Assembly: GCA_038208825.1 (NCBI GenBank)
Contig: JBBQYI010000003.1
Location: 1,390-65,389 of the forward strand
DNA from: Sphingomonadales bacterium
Lineage (GTDB): Bacteria > Pseudomonadota > Alphaproteobacteria > Sphingomonadales > Sphingomonadaceae
Direction: 5' to 3'
DNA length: 64,000 bases
The position numbers and the translations under genes are program-made. Position 1 is the stretch's first letter, and every line of letters begins with the position of its first letter. Shown in pieces: positions 19,339 through 28,723 of this stretch. Below the pieces are notes generated by a model that had not been told where the DNA came from, did no database searches, and worked only from the letters and a program-made list of their open reading frames with translations.

Positions 19339-20831
19339 CAGAAGCGCGGCAGATCAGGGAAGGGCAGCGCCCCGCCATGGACGTGCATCCGGCCAAGCTC
19401 GGCGCAGCGGTGCAGCAGCGGGAACACCTTGCCGGGATTAAGCAGGGCGAGGGGATCGAACGCCGCCTTCACTGCCTTTTGCTGGTCGATGTCGATATCG
19501 CTGAACATCACCGGCATCAGCTCGCGCTTTTCAACGCCCACCCCATGTTCGCCGGTGAGCACGCCACCGACTTCGACGCACAGGCGCAATATGTCGCTGC
19601 CAAAGGCCTCGGCACGGTCAAGCTGGCCGGGCTGGTTGGCGTCATACAGGATCAGCGGGTGGAGGTTGCCGTCGCCGGCGTGAAAGACATTGGCGACGCC
19701 AAGGCCATGCTGTTCCGAAAGCGCAGTTATGCGGCGCAGCACCTCGGGCAGGCGGCGGCGCGGGATGGTGCCATCCATGCAGAAATAATCGGGGGCGAGG
19801 CGACCGACGGCGGGGAAGGCGGCCTTGCGACCCGCCCAAAAGGCCAATCGTTCATCCTCGCTGGTGGAAATGCGGGTGGTGACGGCGCCATTGGCCCTGG
19901 CGATACGGACGATTTCATCGGTCAGATGGTCGCATTCGACCGCGACGCCATCCATTTCGACGATCAGCAGCGCGTCGACATCAAGTGGATAGCCGACATT
20001 CACAAAGGCTTCGGCGGCGTGGATGGCCGGCCGATCCATCATCTCCATGCCGGCGGGGATGATGCCCGCCGCGATGACATCGGCAACGCATTGCCCGGCG
20101 CTTTCGACCGTGGGAAAGCCGATCAGCGCGGCGCGGGCGGCCTGGGGTTTGGGCAGCAACCGCACGGTGACTTCGGTGACAACGCCAAGCAGCCCTTCGG
20201 AACCGACGATCAACCCGAGCAGATCGAGCCCCGCCGGATCGATGTGGCGGCCGCCCAGACGGATGATCTCGCCATCCATCAGCACCATTTCGACGCCCAG
20301 CACATTGTTGGTGGTCAGGCCATATTTGAGACAGTGCACGCCGCCGGAATTTTCGGCGACATTGCCGCCGATGGAGCAGGCGATCTGGCTGCTGGGATCG
20401 GGGGCGTAATAGTAGCCATCGCCTTCGACGGCGCGGGTGATGGCGAGATTGGTGACGCCGGGCTGCACCACCGCGACGCGATCGGTGTGGCAGACGGTGA
20501 GGATGCGGTTGAATTTCGACAGGCCGAGCAGCACCGCATCGGCGAGCGGCAGGGCGCCGCCCGACAGCGAAGTGCCGGCGCCGCGCGGCACGACGCGGAC
20601 ATTGTGGGCGTGGCAATATCTGAGGATGGCGGACACTTGCGCGGTGGTTTCGGGTAGCACGACCAGCATCGGCGGCTGGCGATAGGCGGTGAGCGCATCG
20701 GATTCATAGGCGCGCAGCGGCGCTTCGCCGGTGATGACGCCTTCGCCGGGCACGATGGCGCGCAGCGCCGCGATGGTGGCATCGCGGTTTGCCAGTGTCT
20801 GAGCATCGGGTTCGGGCATCAAAAGCGTCAT
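19338..20831 (-). CDS. glcD: Glycolate oxidase FAD-linked subunit
   Basis: PRGAGTSLSGG, YAPDPSSQIACSIGGNVAENSGG, FHAGDGNLHP and GEHGVGVEK. Confidence 0.95.
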   Translation of the reverse strand: MTLLMPEPDAQTLANRDATIAALRAIVPGEGVITGEAPLRAYESDALTAYRQPPMLVVLPETTAQVSAILRYCHAHNVRVVPRGAGTSLSGGALPLADAVLLGLSKFNRILTVCHTDRVAVVQPGVTNLAITRAVEGDGYYYAPDPSSQIACSIGGNVAENSGGVHCLKYGLTTNNVLGVEMVLMDGEIIRLGGRHIDPAGLDLLGLIVGSEGLLGVVTEVTVRLLPKPQAARAALIGFPTVESAGQCVADVIAAGIIPAGMEMMDRPAIHAAEAFVNVGYPLDVDALLIVEMDGVAVECDHLTDEIVRIARANGAVTTRISTSEDERLAFWAGRKAAFPAVGRLAPDYFCMDGTIPRRRLPEVLRRITALSEQHGLGVANVFHAGDGNLHPLILYDANQPGQLDRAEAFGSDILRLCVEVGGVLTGEHGVGVEKRELMPVMFSDIDIDQQKAVKAAFDPLALLNPGKVFPLLHRCAELGRMHVHGGALPFPDLPRF

Positions 20832-20940
20832 CTGGTGCCCCTTGTGCCGGGTGGCGGGCGGTTCGTCACCCCCATGCCGTGCATCGCGTCAAATGGCGGC
20901 AGAGTGGCGGTTGACGTGGCTGCCGGGGCGAGCGGCCCGG

Positions 20941-21216
20941 TCACGCTTCATATTCGAAGCTGACGAGGTAGATGCAGTCGCCGCTGCCGTGCCGCGCCAT
21001 TGCCAGCAGTTCGGCGACATCTGCAAAGCCCGACAGCCGGGCGAGGTCGGGGGTCACATCGGCAAGGGTGATCTCGCGCAGCCCGGTGACATGCACCATG
21101 CCTGCCCCCAATGGATAGCGCCCACCGACCCTGACGCGCGGCCGTTGCCAGATTCGCACGCTGCAACTGATGTCGCCGCGCATCACCGGCTCGCGCAATC
21201 GCTTGGTGAAGATCAT
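20941..21216 (-). CDS. ASCH/PUA-like domain small protein
   Basis: RGDISCSVRIW resembles the ASCH GxKxxTxR motif, and ITLADVTPDLARLSGF resembles the ASCH C-terminal motif. Confidence 0.62.
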   Translation of the reverse strand: MIFTKRLREPVMRGDISCSVRIWQRPRVRVGGRYPLGAGMVHVTGLREITLADVTPDLARLSGFADVAELLAMARHGSGDCIYLVSFEYEA

Positions 21217-21230
21217 CGGTGCCGGGCCTT

Positions 21231-22316
21231 TTAAAAAGGCATGACGCCCTGGCCGGACGCATCGTCTCGCGCGGTCTGGCCGGTGTCGGTGACGAGGTGG
21301 GACAGGGTGAGGCCGAGCAGGCGGATGCCCTTTTCGACTGGCAACAGGGCGTGCAGCAGTGCCTTTGCCTGGGCTTCGATGGCCGGGCGGCTGGCGAGTG
21401 CAGCGGCTTCGGTGTGGGACCGGGTGATTGTGCGGAAATCGCTGAACCGCACCTTCAGTGTGAGCGTGCGGCCCTGCGCGCCGGAGCGTTCGATGCGTTG
21501 CCAGGCGGCGTCGATGACCGGCAGCAGGGCATCCATAAGCTCGCCATTATCGGTCAGGTCACGATCAAAGGTACGTTCGGCGCCGACGGATTTCAGCGGG
21601 CGGTCGCTGCGCACCGGGCGATCATCCTCGCCATGGGCGGCGCGGTGGAAATATTCGGCGCTGCTGCCGAAATTGCGGGTGAGTTCTTCAAGGCTGCGGG
21701 CGCCGAGGTCGGCGCCGGTGAGGATGCCGAGGCTTTCCATGCGCGCTGCCGTTACCGGGCCGACGCCGTGGAAGCGCTTGACCGGCAGCGCGGCGACAAA
21801 GGCCGCCCCTTGCGCCGGTTTGATGACGCACAGCCCGTCGGGCTTGTTCTGGTCCGACGCCAGTTTGGCGATGAATTTGTTGTAGGAGACGCCAGCTGAC
21901 GCGGTGAGGCCGGTTTCGGCGCGGATGCGGGCGCGGATTTCGGCGGCGATGGCGGTTGCGGAGCCGATACGGTCGCGATCCTCGGTGACATCGAGATAGG
22001 CTTCATCGAGCGACAATGGCTCGATAAGGTCGGTGTAATCAGCGAAAATGGCTCGGATCTGCTGGGAAATGGCGCGATAGACTTCGAAGCGCGGCGGCAC
22101 GAACACCAATGCCGGGCAGCGCCGACGGGCGGTGACCGACGCCATCGCCGATCGGACGCCGAACTTGCGGGCCTCGTAGCTTGCCGCCGCGACCACCCCG
22201 CGTGGTTGTTCGCTGCCGACGGCGACGGGGCGGCCGCGCAATTCGGGGGCGTCGCGCTGCTCGACGGAGGCGTAGAAGGCGTCCATGTCGATGTGGATGA
22301 TCTTGCGCAGCGTCAT
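21231..22316 (-). CDS. dinB: DNA polymerase IV
   Basis: RKIIHIDMDAFYASVE, AASYEAR, SLDEAYLD and KLASDQNKPDG. Confidence 0.96.
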   Translation of the reverse strand: MTLRKIIHIDMDAFYASVEQRDAPELRGRPVAVGSEQPRGVVAAASYEARKFGVRSAMASVTARRRCPALVFVPPRFEVYRAISQQIRAIFADYTDLIEPLSLDEAYLDVTEDRDRIGSATAIAAEIRARIRAETGLTASAGVSYNKFIAKLASDQNKPDGLCVIKPAQGAAFVAALPVKRFHGVGPVTAARMESLGILTGADLGARSLEELTRNFGSSAEYFHRAAHGEDDRPVRSDRPLKSVGAERTFDRDLTDNGELMDALLPVIDAAWQRIERSGAQGRTLTLKVRFSDFRTITRSHTEAAALASRPAIEAQAKALLHALLPVEKGIRLLGLTLSHLVTDTGQTARDDASGQGVMPF

Positions 22317-22324
22317 GCCGGTGG

Positions 22325-23992
22325 TCAGGTGCCAGCGGCGAATTCGGCGATCATGGTGTCGCGCATGACGAATTTCTGCACCTTGCCGGTGATGGTCATC
22401 GGGAAACCGGTGACGAAGCGGATGTGGCGCGGCACCTTGAAATGCGCGATGCGGCCGCGGCAATGGTCGCGGACGTCGGTTTCGGTGAGGGTGACGCCGC
22501 GGGTTATGATCCAGGCGCAAAGCTCCTCACCGTGGCGGGCATCGGGGACGCCGATCACCTGCACATCGGCAATATGGGGGTGGGTGAGCAGGAACTCCTC
22601 GATTTCGCGCGGGTAGATGTTTTCGCCGCCGCGGATGACCAGATCCTTGATGCGGCCGACGATACGGCAATAGCCGGCGGCATCGATGGTGGCGAGATCG
22701 CCGGTGTGCATCCAGCCGTCCGTATCGATGGCGGCGGCGGTGGCGGCCGGGTCGCCCCAATAGCCGGTCATCACCGAATAGCCGCGGGTGCACAGTTCCC
22801 CGGTTTCGCCGCGTGCGACGGTCGCGCCATCGGCATCGACGAGTTTGACTTCGAGATGCGGTTGCACCTGGCCGACGGTGGCGACGCGCAGGTCGACAGG
22901 GTCATCGAGCGCGCTCTGGAAGCTGACCGGGCTGGTTTCCGTCATGCCATAGGCGATGGTGATGCCTGTCAGATGCATGCGGTTCATGACTTCGGCCATG
23001 ACGGTGGCAGGGCAGGGGGAGCCGGCCATGATGCCGGTGCGCAGGCTGGTGAGATCGAAGCGGGCAAATTCGGCATCCCCGAGCATCGCGATGAACATGC
23101 TGGGCACGCCATAGAGCGCGTTGCAGCGTTCGGCCTCGATGGCGGTGAGCACGGCGCGCGGATCGAAACCTTCGCCCGGATAGACCATGGTGGCGCCATG
23201 GGTGAGGCAGGCGAGGTTGCCCATGACCATGCCGAAACAGTGATAGAGCGGCACCGGGATGCACAGGCGCTCGCCGGGTGACAGCCCGATGCGGTGGCCG
23301 ACGAGATAGCCGTTGTTGAGGATGTTGCGGTGGGACAGGGTGGCGCCTTTTGGGAAGCCGGTGGTGCCGCTGGTGAACTGGATATTCACCGGGTCATCGG
23401 GGGACAGGCCGCTGGGCAGCGGGGCATCTGCGCCGGCATCGAGTGCGGCAAAGGGGGTGCAGCCGGGGTGGCTTTCATCGCCAAGCGTGAATACCGCGCG
23501 CAAATCGGGCAGTTTTGCCGCGTGCAGCCGGCCGCTGCGGGGGTGTGCAAGTTCGGGCGCGATATCGTGCAGCATCGCCACATAGTCGCTGCCGCGATAG
23601 GCCGGCATGGCGACGATGGCGGCGCAGCCGACTTTTTTGAGTGCATATTCGAGTTCGGCGGTGCGATAGGCCGGGTTGATGGTGACGAGCACCAATCCGG
23701 CCTTTGCCGTGGCGAATTGCAGGATGGTCCATTCGGCGCAATTGGGTGCCCAGATGCCGATGCGTTCGCCAGGCGCAAAGCCGTGCGCGACCAGGCCGCG
23801 CGCCACCGCATCGACGCGGGCCTGCAATTCCAGCCAGGTCCAGCGGATGTTCTGATGGCGCACGACCAGCGCCAGCGCATCGCCGTGATGGCGGACGGTC
23901 AAATCGAAGCGGTCGCCGATGGTGGCGTCGATCAGCGCCGGTGATGCGGCGCCGGTGACACGGCTGTTGGTGCTGCCTGCGATGGTTGCCAT
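22325..23992 (-). CDS. AMP-binding acyl-CoA synthetase
   Basis: [39 protein letters not shown] and TGKVQK. Likely start MATIAG at 23992. Confidence 0.93.
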   Translation of the reverse strand: MATIAGSTNSRVTGAASPALIDATIGDRFDLTVRHHGDALALVVRHQNIRWTWLELQARVDAVARGLVAHGFAPGERIGIWAPNCAEWTILQFATAKAGLVLVTINPAYRTAELEYALKKVGCAAIVAMPAYRGSDYVAMLHDIAPELAHPRSGRLHAAKLPDLRAVFTLGDESHPGCTPFAALDAGADAPLPSGLSPDDPVNIQFTSGTTGFPKGATLSHRNILNNGYLVGHRIGLSPGERLCIPVPLYHCFGMVMGNLACLTHGATMVYPGEGFDPRAVLTAIEAERCNALYGVPSMFIAMLGDAEFARFDLTSLRTGIMAGSPCPATVMAEVMNRMHLTGITIAYGMTETSPVSFQSALDDPVDLRVATVGQVQPHLEVKLVDADGATVARGETGELCTRGYSVMTGYWGDPAATAAAIDTDGWMHTGDLATIDAAGYCRIVGRIKDLVIRGGENIYPREIEEFLLTHPHIADVQVIGVPDARHGEELCAWIITRGVTLTETDVRDHCRGRIAHFKVPRHIRFVTGFPMTITGKVQKFVMRDTMIAEFAAGT

Positions 23993-24130
23993 GGAATGTC
24001 CTGTCGTCGCGTCGCTGTGCCAAGGGCCATTTACCGCGCTGGATGGGGTTTCGACAAATCCGGGGTGGTGCTTGTGTTGCGGCATGGCTGCGGGCATCGT
24101 CCCGACTATCGATAGTGACGATCTGGGGGC

Positions 24131-26620
24131 GTGATGACGGGGCGATTTCTTGTTTCGGCGGTGTGTGCCGTGGTGGTTATGGCGGTGGCGCCAGCCATGG
24201 GTGTTGCAGCGCCTGTTGCCGGCGCGGCGGACGTGTTCCGCAACAGCGTGGCCAGTGATGGCTTGCTGCCGGTGCATGTCGATCGCAATGCCGGGCGCAT
24301 CCTGCTGACCCTGCCGCCCGCCGGGGCGGATGGCACATCGGGCCGGTTCCTGTTCGCCGTTGCGCTGCGCACCGGGCTGGGTTCGGCGCAGGCGGTGCTG
24401 GATCGCGGCAAATTGGGTGATACGCAGTTGCTGGCGTTCCGGCGGCTTGGTGGGAAACTGGCCATCCAGTTCGAAAACCCGCGTTTTCGCGCGGCAGGCG
24501 GTGCCGCAAGCGCCGATTTTGCGACCTCGACAGTGTGGATGGGCGATATTGCCGCCACGCTGCCCGATGGCAGCATCGTCATCGATATCAGCAGTTTCCT
24601 GACCACCGACATGGTCGGCATCGCCGCATCGCTGAGCCGCGAGGGCGACCCCTATGGCAATGGCGGAGCGCGCGATGTGCCGGGGCGGTCGTTCCGGCTC
24701 GACCCGCGCTTGAGCGCGGCGGACCCGGCTTCGATGAAGATATTCCCGGACAATATCGAGGTCGACGCTGTCCAGACCTATGCCGCCGACAATCCGGGGC
24801 CAGAGGTCGCCAATGTCGCCCCCGATGCCCGGCAGGTGAGTTTTGGCGTGCACTACAGCCTGGTGCGGTTGCCGGCGCCGGGGTTTGTGCCGCGCGCTTT
24901 CGATCCGCGCATCGGCGGGATCGGCACACAGGCGGTGGATTTCGGCGTGCCGTTGGGCGGCGATGTGGTGCGGGATTATGCCAACCGCTTCCGGCTGGAA
25001 AAACTCGACCCGGCGGCGGTGCGGTCGCGGGTGAAAAAGCCCATCGTCTATTATCTCGATCGCAATGCGCCGGAACCGGTGCGATCGGCATTGATCGAGG
25101 GCATTGGCTGGTGGGGCAAGGCGTTTGACGCCGCGGGCTATATCGACGCGTTCCAGGTCAAGTTGTTGCCGGAAGGCGCCGATCCGCTCGATGTGCGGTA
25201 CAACATGGTCAATTGGGTGGATCGGGCGACGCGCGGCTGGTCCTATGGCCAGCAGATCGATGATCCGCGCACCGGGGAGATCGTCAAGGGCATGGTCGTG
25301 CTGGGCAGCTTGCGGGTGCGGCAGGATATCCAGATTTTCGAAGGGCTGGTGGGCGCGGCCAAGATCGGCAGCGGCGGCCCGAATTATCCGGTGCAGGTGG
25401 CGCTGGCGCGGTTGCGGGAATTGGGGGCGCATGAAGTCGGCCACACGTTGGGGTTTGACCATAATTTTGCGGCGAGTACGCAGGAACGGGCATCGGTGAT
25501 GGATTATCCGGCGCCGCGCATCGGGCTCGTGGCTGGCAAGCCTGATCTGTCGGATGCCTATGGCGTCGGCCTTGGCAAATGGGACATGGCGACGGTGGAT
25601 TGGCTATATGGTGAACCGGTGCCGGGCGCGGATGCGCAAGTCGCGGCAGATGCCAAGGCGGCGGCGGTCGTTGCGGCAGGGATGCGCTATGTCACGGATG
25701 CTGCCGGGCGGGCCGGGGATACGGCCTCACCCTGGGGCGGGCTGTGGGATGATGGTGCGGACCCGGTGGCCGAGCTTGGCCGGATGATGCAGGTGCGCCG
25801 GGCCGCGATCGACAATTTCGGGCTGGCGATGCTGGCACCGGGTGAGCCGGTGGCGAATTTGCGGCGGCGGTTCGTGCCGATCTGGCTGTTGCATCGCTAT
25901 CAACTGGCGGTGGCGGCCAAGGCTATCGGCGGGGTTGATGCGACGTTCGCGGTGAATGGTGGCGGGCATGAGGCGGGGTTGCCGGTGGCGCCCGAGGTGC
26001 AGCGAGCGGCGCTGGATTCCGTGCTGGCGACGCTGGCACCCGAACAGTTGCGGGTGCCGGCGCGGCTGGTGCCGTTGCTGTCGGCTGCACATGCGGGCAG
26101 CGACAACCGGCAGTTCGATACCGAATTGTTCGCGACCGCCGGTGGGCCGGTTTTCGATGCGCTGGCCGCTGCCGATGTGGGGGCCGAAGTGGCGATGGGG
26201 GCGTTGTTGGCGCCAAAGCGGCTGGCGCGGTTGCAATTGCAGCATGCGGCGGACGCAAAGGCGCCCGGGGTTGAGGAGGTGATCGACCGGTTGCTGGCGG
26301 CGACGGTTGGGGCGCGTGCCGATGCGCTGGGGCGGCGGATTGCCTATCGCAGCATCGTCAAGCTGGCGCAGGCAGCGCGCAACCCGGCGACACCGCCCGA
26401 TGTGGCGCTGGCGCTCGATGCGCGGCTGTTCGATCTGGGGGGTGCTTTGGCCAAGGGTGGCGGCGATGCGGCGGACCGGGCTTGGGCGGCCAGCCTGTCT
26501 CGCAAATTGCTGGACGCGGGAGAGCGCGAGCGGCTGGTGGGTGAGTTGCCGAGGGCGGCTGCTGTGCCGCCGGGGGACCCGATTGGCGGTGGGGAGGACG
26601 ACTGGATGCCGTTGGGGTAG
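24131..26620 (+). CDS. Secreted zinc metalloprotease (metzincin, DUF5117/DUF4953-like)
   Basis: Signal peptide, [11 protein letters not shown] (HExxHxxGxxH) and SVMDY Met-turn. Confidence 0.88.
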   Translation: MMTGRFLVSAVCAVVVMAVAPAMGVAAPVAGAADVFRNSVASDGLLPVHVDRNAGRILLTLPPAGADGTSGRFLFAVALRTGLGSAQAVLDRGKLGDTQLLAFRRLGGKLAIQFENPRFRAAGGAASADFATSTVWMGDIAATLPDGSIVIDISSFLTTDMVGIAASLSREGDPYGNGGARDVPGRSFRLDPRLSAADPASMKIFPDNIEVDAVQTYAADNPGPEVANVAPDARQVSFGVHYSLVRLPAPGFVPRAFDPRIGGIGTQAVDFGVPLGGDVVRDYANRFRLEKLDPAAVRSRVKKPIVYYLDRNAPEPVRSALIEGIGWWGKAFDAAGYIDAFQVKLLPEGADPLDVRYNMVNWVDRATRGWSYGQQIDDPRTGEIVKGMVVLGSLRVRQDIQIFEGLVGAAKIGSGGPNYPVQVALARLRELGAHEVGHTLGFDHNFAASTQERASVMDYPAPRIGLVAGKPDLSDAYGVGLGKWDMATVDWLYGEPVPGADAQVAADAKAAAVVAAGMRYVTDAAGRAGDTASPWGGLWDDGADPVAELGRMMQVRRAAIDNFGLAMLAPGEPVANLRRRFVPIWLLHRYQLAVAAKAIGGVDATFAVNGGGHEAGLPVAPEVQRAALDSVLATLAPEQLRVPARLVPLLSAAHAGSDNRQFDTELFATAGGPVFDALAAADVGAEVAMGALLAPKRLARLQLQHAADAKAPGVEEVIDRLLAATVGARADALGRRIAYRSIVKLAQAARNPATPPDVALALDARLFDLGGALAKGGGDAADRAWAASLSRKLLDAGERERLVGELPRAAAVPPGDPIGGGEDDWMPLG

Positions 26621-26630
26621 GGGGTTTTCG

Positions 26631-26793
26631 TGCCCCTCTCCCGCTTGCGGGAGAGGCGAGAGGCGGCGTAGCCGGCCCGGGTGAGGGTGTATTCTTGTTT
26701 CGGCGTTTGTGAACACCCTCACCCGCCGCGCGCGACGGAGGTCGCCTCCGCGACGCTGCGCGAGTCGCCTCTCCCGCAGGCGGGAGAGGGGCA
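26631..26793. repeat. Palindromic intergenic repeat element (REP/RIME-like), two arms in inverted orientation
   Basis: Terminal inverted repeats TGCCCCTCTCCCGC...GCGGGAGAGGGGCA and inner pair GGGTGAGGGTGT/ACACCCTCACCC. Lies between convergent genes. Confidence 0.85.
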
Positions 26794-26817
26794 TAAGTCG
26801 ATTGCGCTACGTCGCGG

Positions 26818-27504
26818 TTAGTCCTCGAAGCCGACGAAAACCACCGCGTCGTCGACGGATTTGCGGTTGGATATGACGGCGTTGGCGGGGAAGCTTTCGT
26901 CGGGCCAGCCCATGGCGACGCAGATCATGATGACCTGATCATCGGGGATGCCGGCGTGTTCGCGGACCACCGGGGATTGCATGATGCCCTGGCTGTTGAT
27001 GACCGTGCCCAGCCCGCGCGACCAGGCGGCGTTGACCAGTGCATTGGTGACGGCGCCGCAATCGAACGGCGCGATGTCGCCGCCATGGATCGACCGGTCA
27101 TAGGTGACGACGATGGAGACCGGCGCATCGAATTGGCGGAAACCGCGCAGCACCCAATCCTGGCGCTTTTCCTTGTTGTCACGCTCGATGCCCATGGCGC
27201 CGAACAATTGCTTGGCGACCTCCACCTGCCGTTCGCGATGGGCGCCGGCGTACTCGCCATGGCTGCGGAATTCGCGGGAGGATGGCACGCCGGCAAGGTT
27301 GCGTTCGGTATTGCCGGCGCGGATGCGATCGAGCGGGGCGCCGGCGAGCACGTAGAAGTTCCATGGCTGGGTGTTCAGCGAGGACGACGCGCGCATGGCG
27401 AGCTGGATGATTTCGCGGATCAGCGATTTGGGGACGGGATCGGGCTTGTAACCGCGGATGCTGCGGCGGCCGAGAATAACGGTGTCGTAGGTGGGGGAAG
27501 TCAT
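26818..27504 (-). CDS. Nitroreductase family protein
   Basis: RRSIRGY, ASSSLNTQPW, FDAP and AWSRGLGT motifs. Confidence 0.92.
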   Translation of the reverse strand: MTSPTYDTVILGRRSIRGYKPDPVPKSLIREIIQLAMRASSSLNTQPWNFYVLAGAPLDRIRAGNTERNLAGVPSSREFRSHGEYAGAHRERQVEVAKQLFGAMGIERDNKEKRQDWVLRGFRQFDAPVSIVVTYDRSIHGGDIAPFDCGAVTNALVNAAWSRGLGTVINSQGIMQSPVVREHAGIPDDQVIMICVAMGWPDESFPANAVISNRKSVDDAVVFVGFED

Positions 27505-28577
27505 TTGGCAGGCTCCGCCGCGCTGCGGGCGAGGAGGGCGACGAGATCGGCCTTCCAGAATTTTGCCCAGGTGTGGGTGCCATGGCCGTGGGTGTCGGCG
27601 CTTTCGGGCACCAGAATATAGCGGGCGCCCGGCATGCGTTTCACTTGCTGTTCGGCGATGCCGAGGCCGGGCGGGTTGATCATGTCATCGGCGCTGTTGA
27701 CCCAGGTGACCGGCACGGTGATGCGTTCAAGGCCGGGCTCCGGGTTGTAATCGCGGGAGGCGTCGAACTGGTAGATGCTGTCGTTTGCGTCGGGCGGCGG
27801 CGCATTTTCATAGGTGACGAGCGCGGCTTCGGCGCTGGCGCGGGTGGGCCAATCGGCCTGTTGGCGGACGGGTGAGGAGCCGGCGACGAACAGCAGGGCC
27901 GCGACGGTGCGCATGGCGGCGGCGGGGGGTGCTGTGTAATTGCCGTCTTGCCACGCCGGATCCTGTTTGATGGCGTCGATCAGCAGCTTGCGCCAGATGC
28001 GGTTGCGGCCGGCGATTTCGACCGGCAGGCAGGCAGTGGGCATGATGGCGCGGGCAAAGCCGGGGTAGGTTTCGCCCCAGATGAAATCATGCATGCAGCC
28101 CATCGATGTGCCCATCAGCAGCCGCAGCGAGGTGACGCCAAGGCCCTTGGTGAGCAGATCATGCTGGGCGGCGACCATGTCGGCGTAATCATAATTGGGG
28201 AAGGCCATGCGCAGGCCGTCCGACGGCTTGGAGGAATCGCCATGGCCGATGCCATCGGGCAGGATGATGTAGAAGCGGGTGATGTCGAGCGGTTGGCCGG
28301 GGCCATAAAGTTCATCGGCGAATTGCGGGCGCAGGAATTGCGCGCCGGTGCCGCCGGTGCCGTGCAGGACCATGACGGCGTTGGTGATGCGGCCCGATGC
28401 GTCGCGTTGCGGGGTGCCGAGCGTGCGGTAATGGAGTTTCAACGCCGGGAGCGAGCTGCCATCGTGGAAGCGGAAGTCACGGACGGTGAAATCACCCTCG
28501 GTGACTGGCCAGGCCGTTGCGGCGGGTGCGGCGGTGGCGGCGAGGAACAGCAGCGCGGCGGCAAGGCGTTTTATCAT
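27501..28577 (-). CDS. Exported alpha/beta hydrolase (MetX/homoserine acetyltransferase-like fold)
   Basis: Signal peptide, LHYRTLG, LHGTGG, nucleophile GTSMG, SADD and C-terminal HGHGTH. Confidence 0.85.
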   Translation of the reverse strand: MIKRLAAALLFLAATAAPAATAWPVTEGDFTVRDFRFHDGSSLPALKLHYRTLGTPQRDASGRITNAVMVLHGTGGTGAQFLRPQFADELYGPGQPLDITRFYIILPDGIGHGDSSKPSDGLRMAFPNYDYADMVAAQHDLLTKGLGVTSLRLLMGTSMGCMHDFIWGETYPGFARAIMPTACLPVEIAGRNRIWRKLLIDAIKQDPAWQDGNYTAPPAAAMRTVAALLFVAGSSPVRQQADWPTRASAEAALVTYENAPPPDANDSIYQFDASRDYNPEPGLERITVPVTWVNSADDMINPPGLGIAEQQVKRMPGARYILVPESADTHGHGTHTWAKFWKADLVALLARSAAEPAK

Positions 28578-28723
28578 GGGCGCAACCTAGCGCGAAGTTG
28601 CACGGGGTCAACGCCATTGGGGCCGGCCGGCATCGTTGCGGCAAAGCGACTTTTGGTGGCCGTGGTGCGTTACAATCTCGCGTATTGGTTCTATCAGGGC
28701 GGCGCGCGGCGTGCGCGGTGGAG

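Noticed and set aside
22325-25462. 1045-aa ORF suggesting a giant acyl-CoA synthetase fusion
   Set aside because: The N-terminal 490 or so codons are the stop-free antisense shadow of the plus-strand metalloprotease. Recognisable synthetase sequence begins at 23992.
28578-28723. Possible att site or second CueR/CusR box upstream of the TolC-MCO operon
   Set aside because: There is no copy of the tRNA-Glu 3' end and no convincing dyad. The TTACAAT half-site alone is insufficient.
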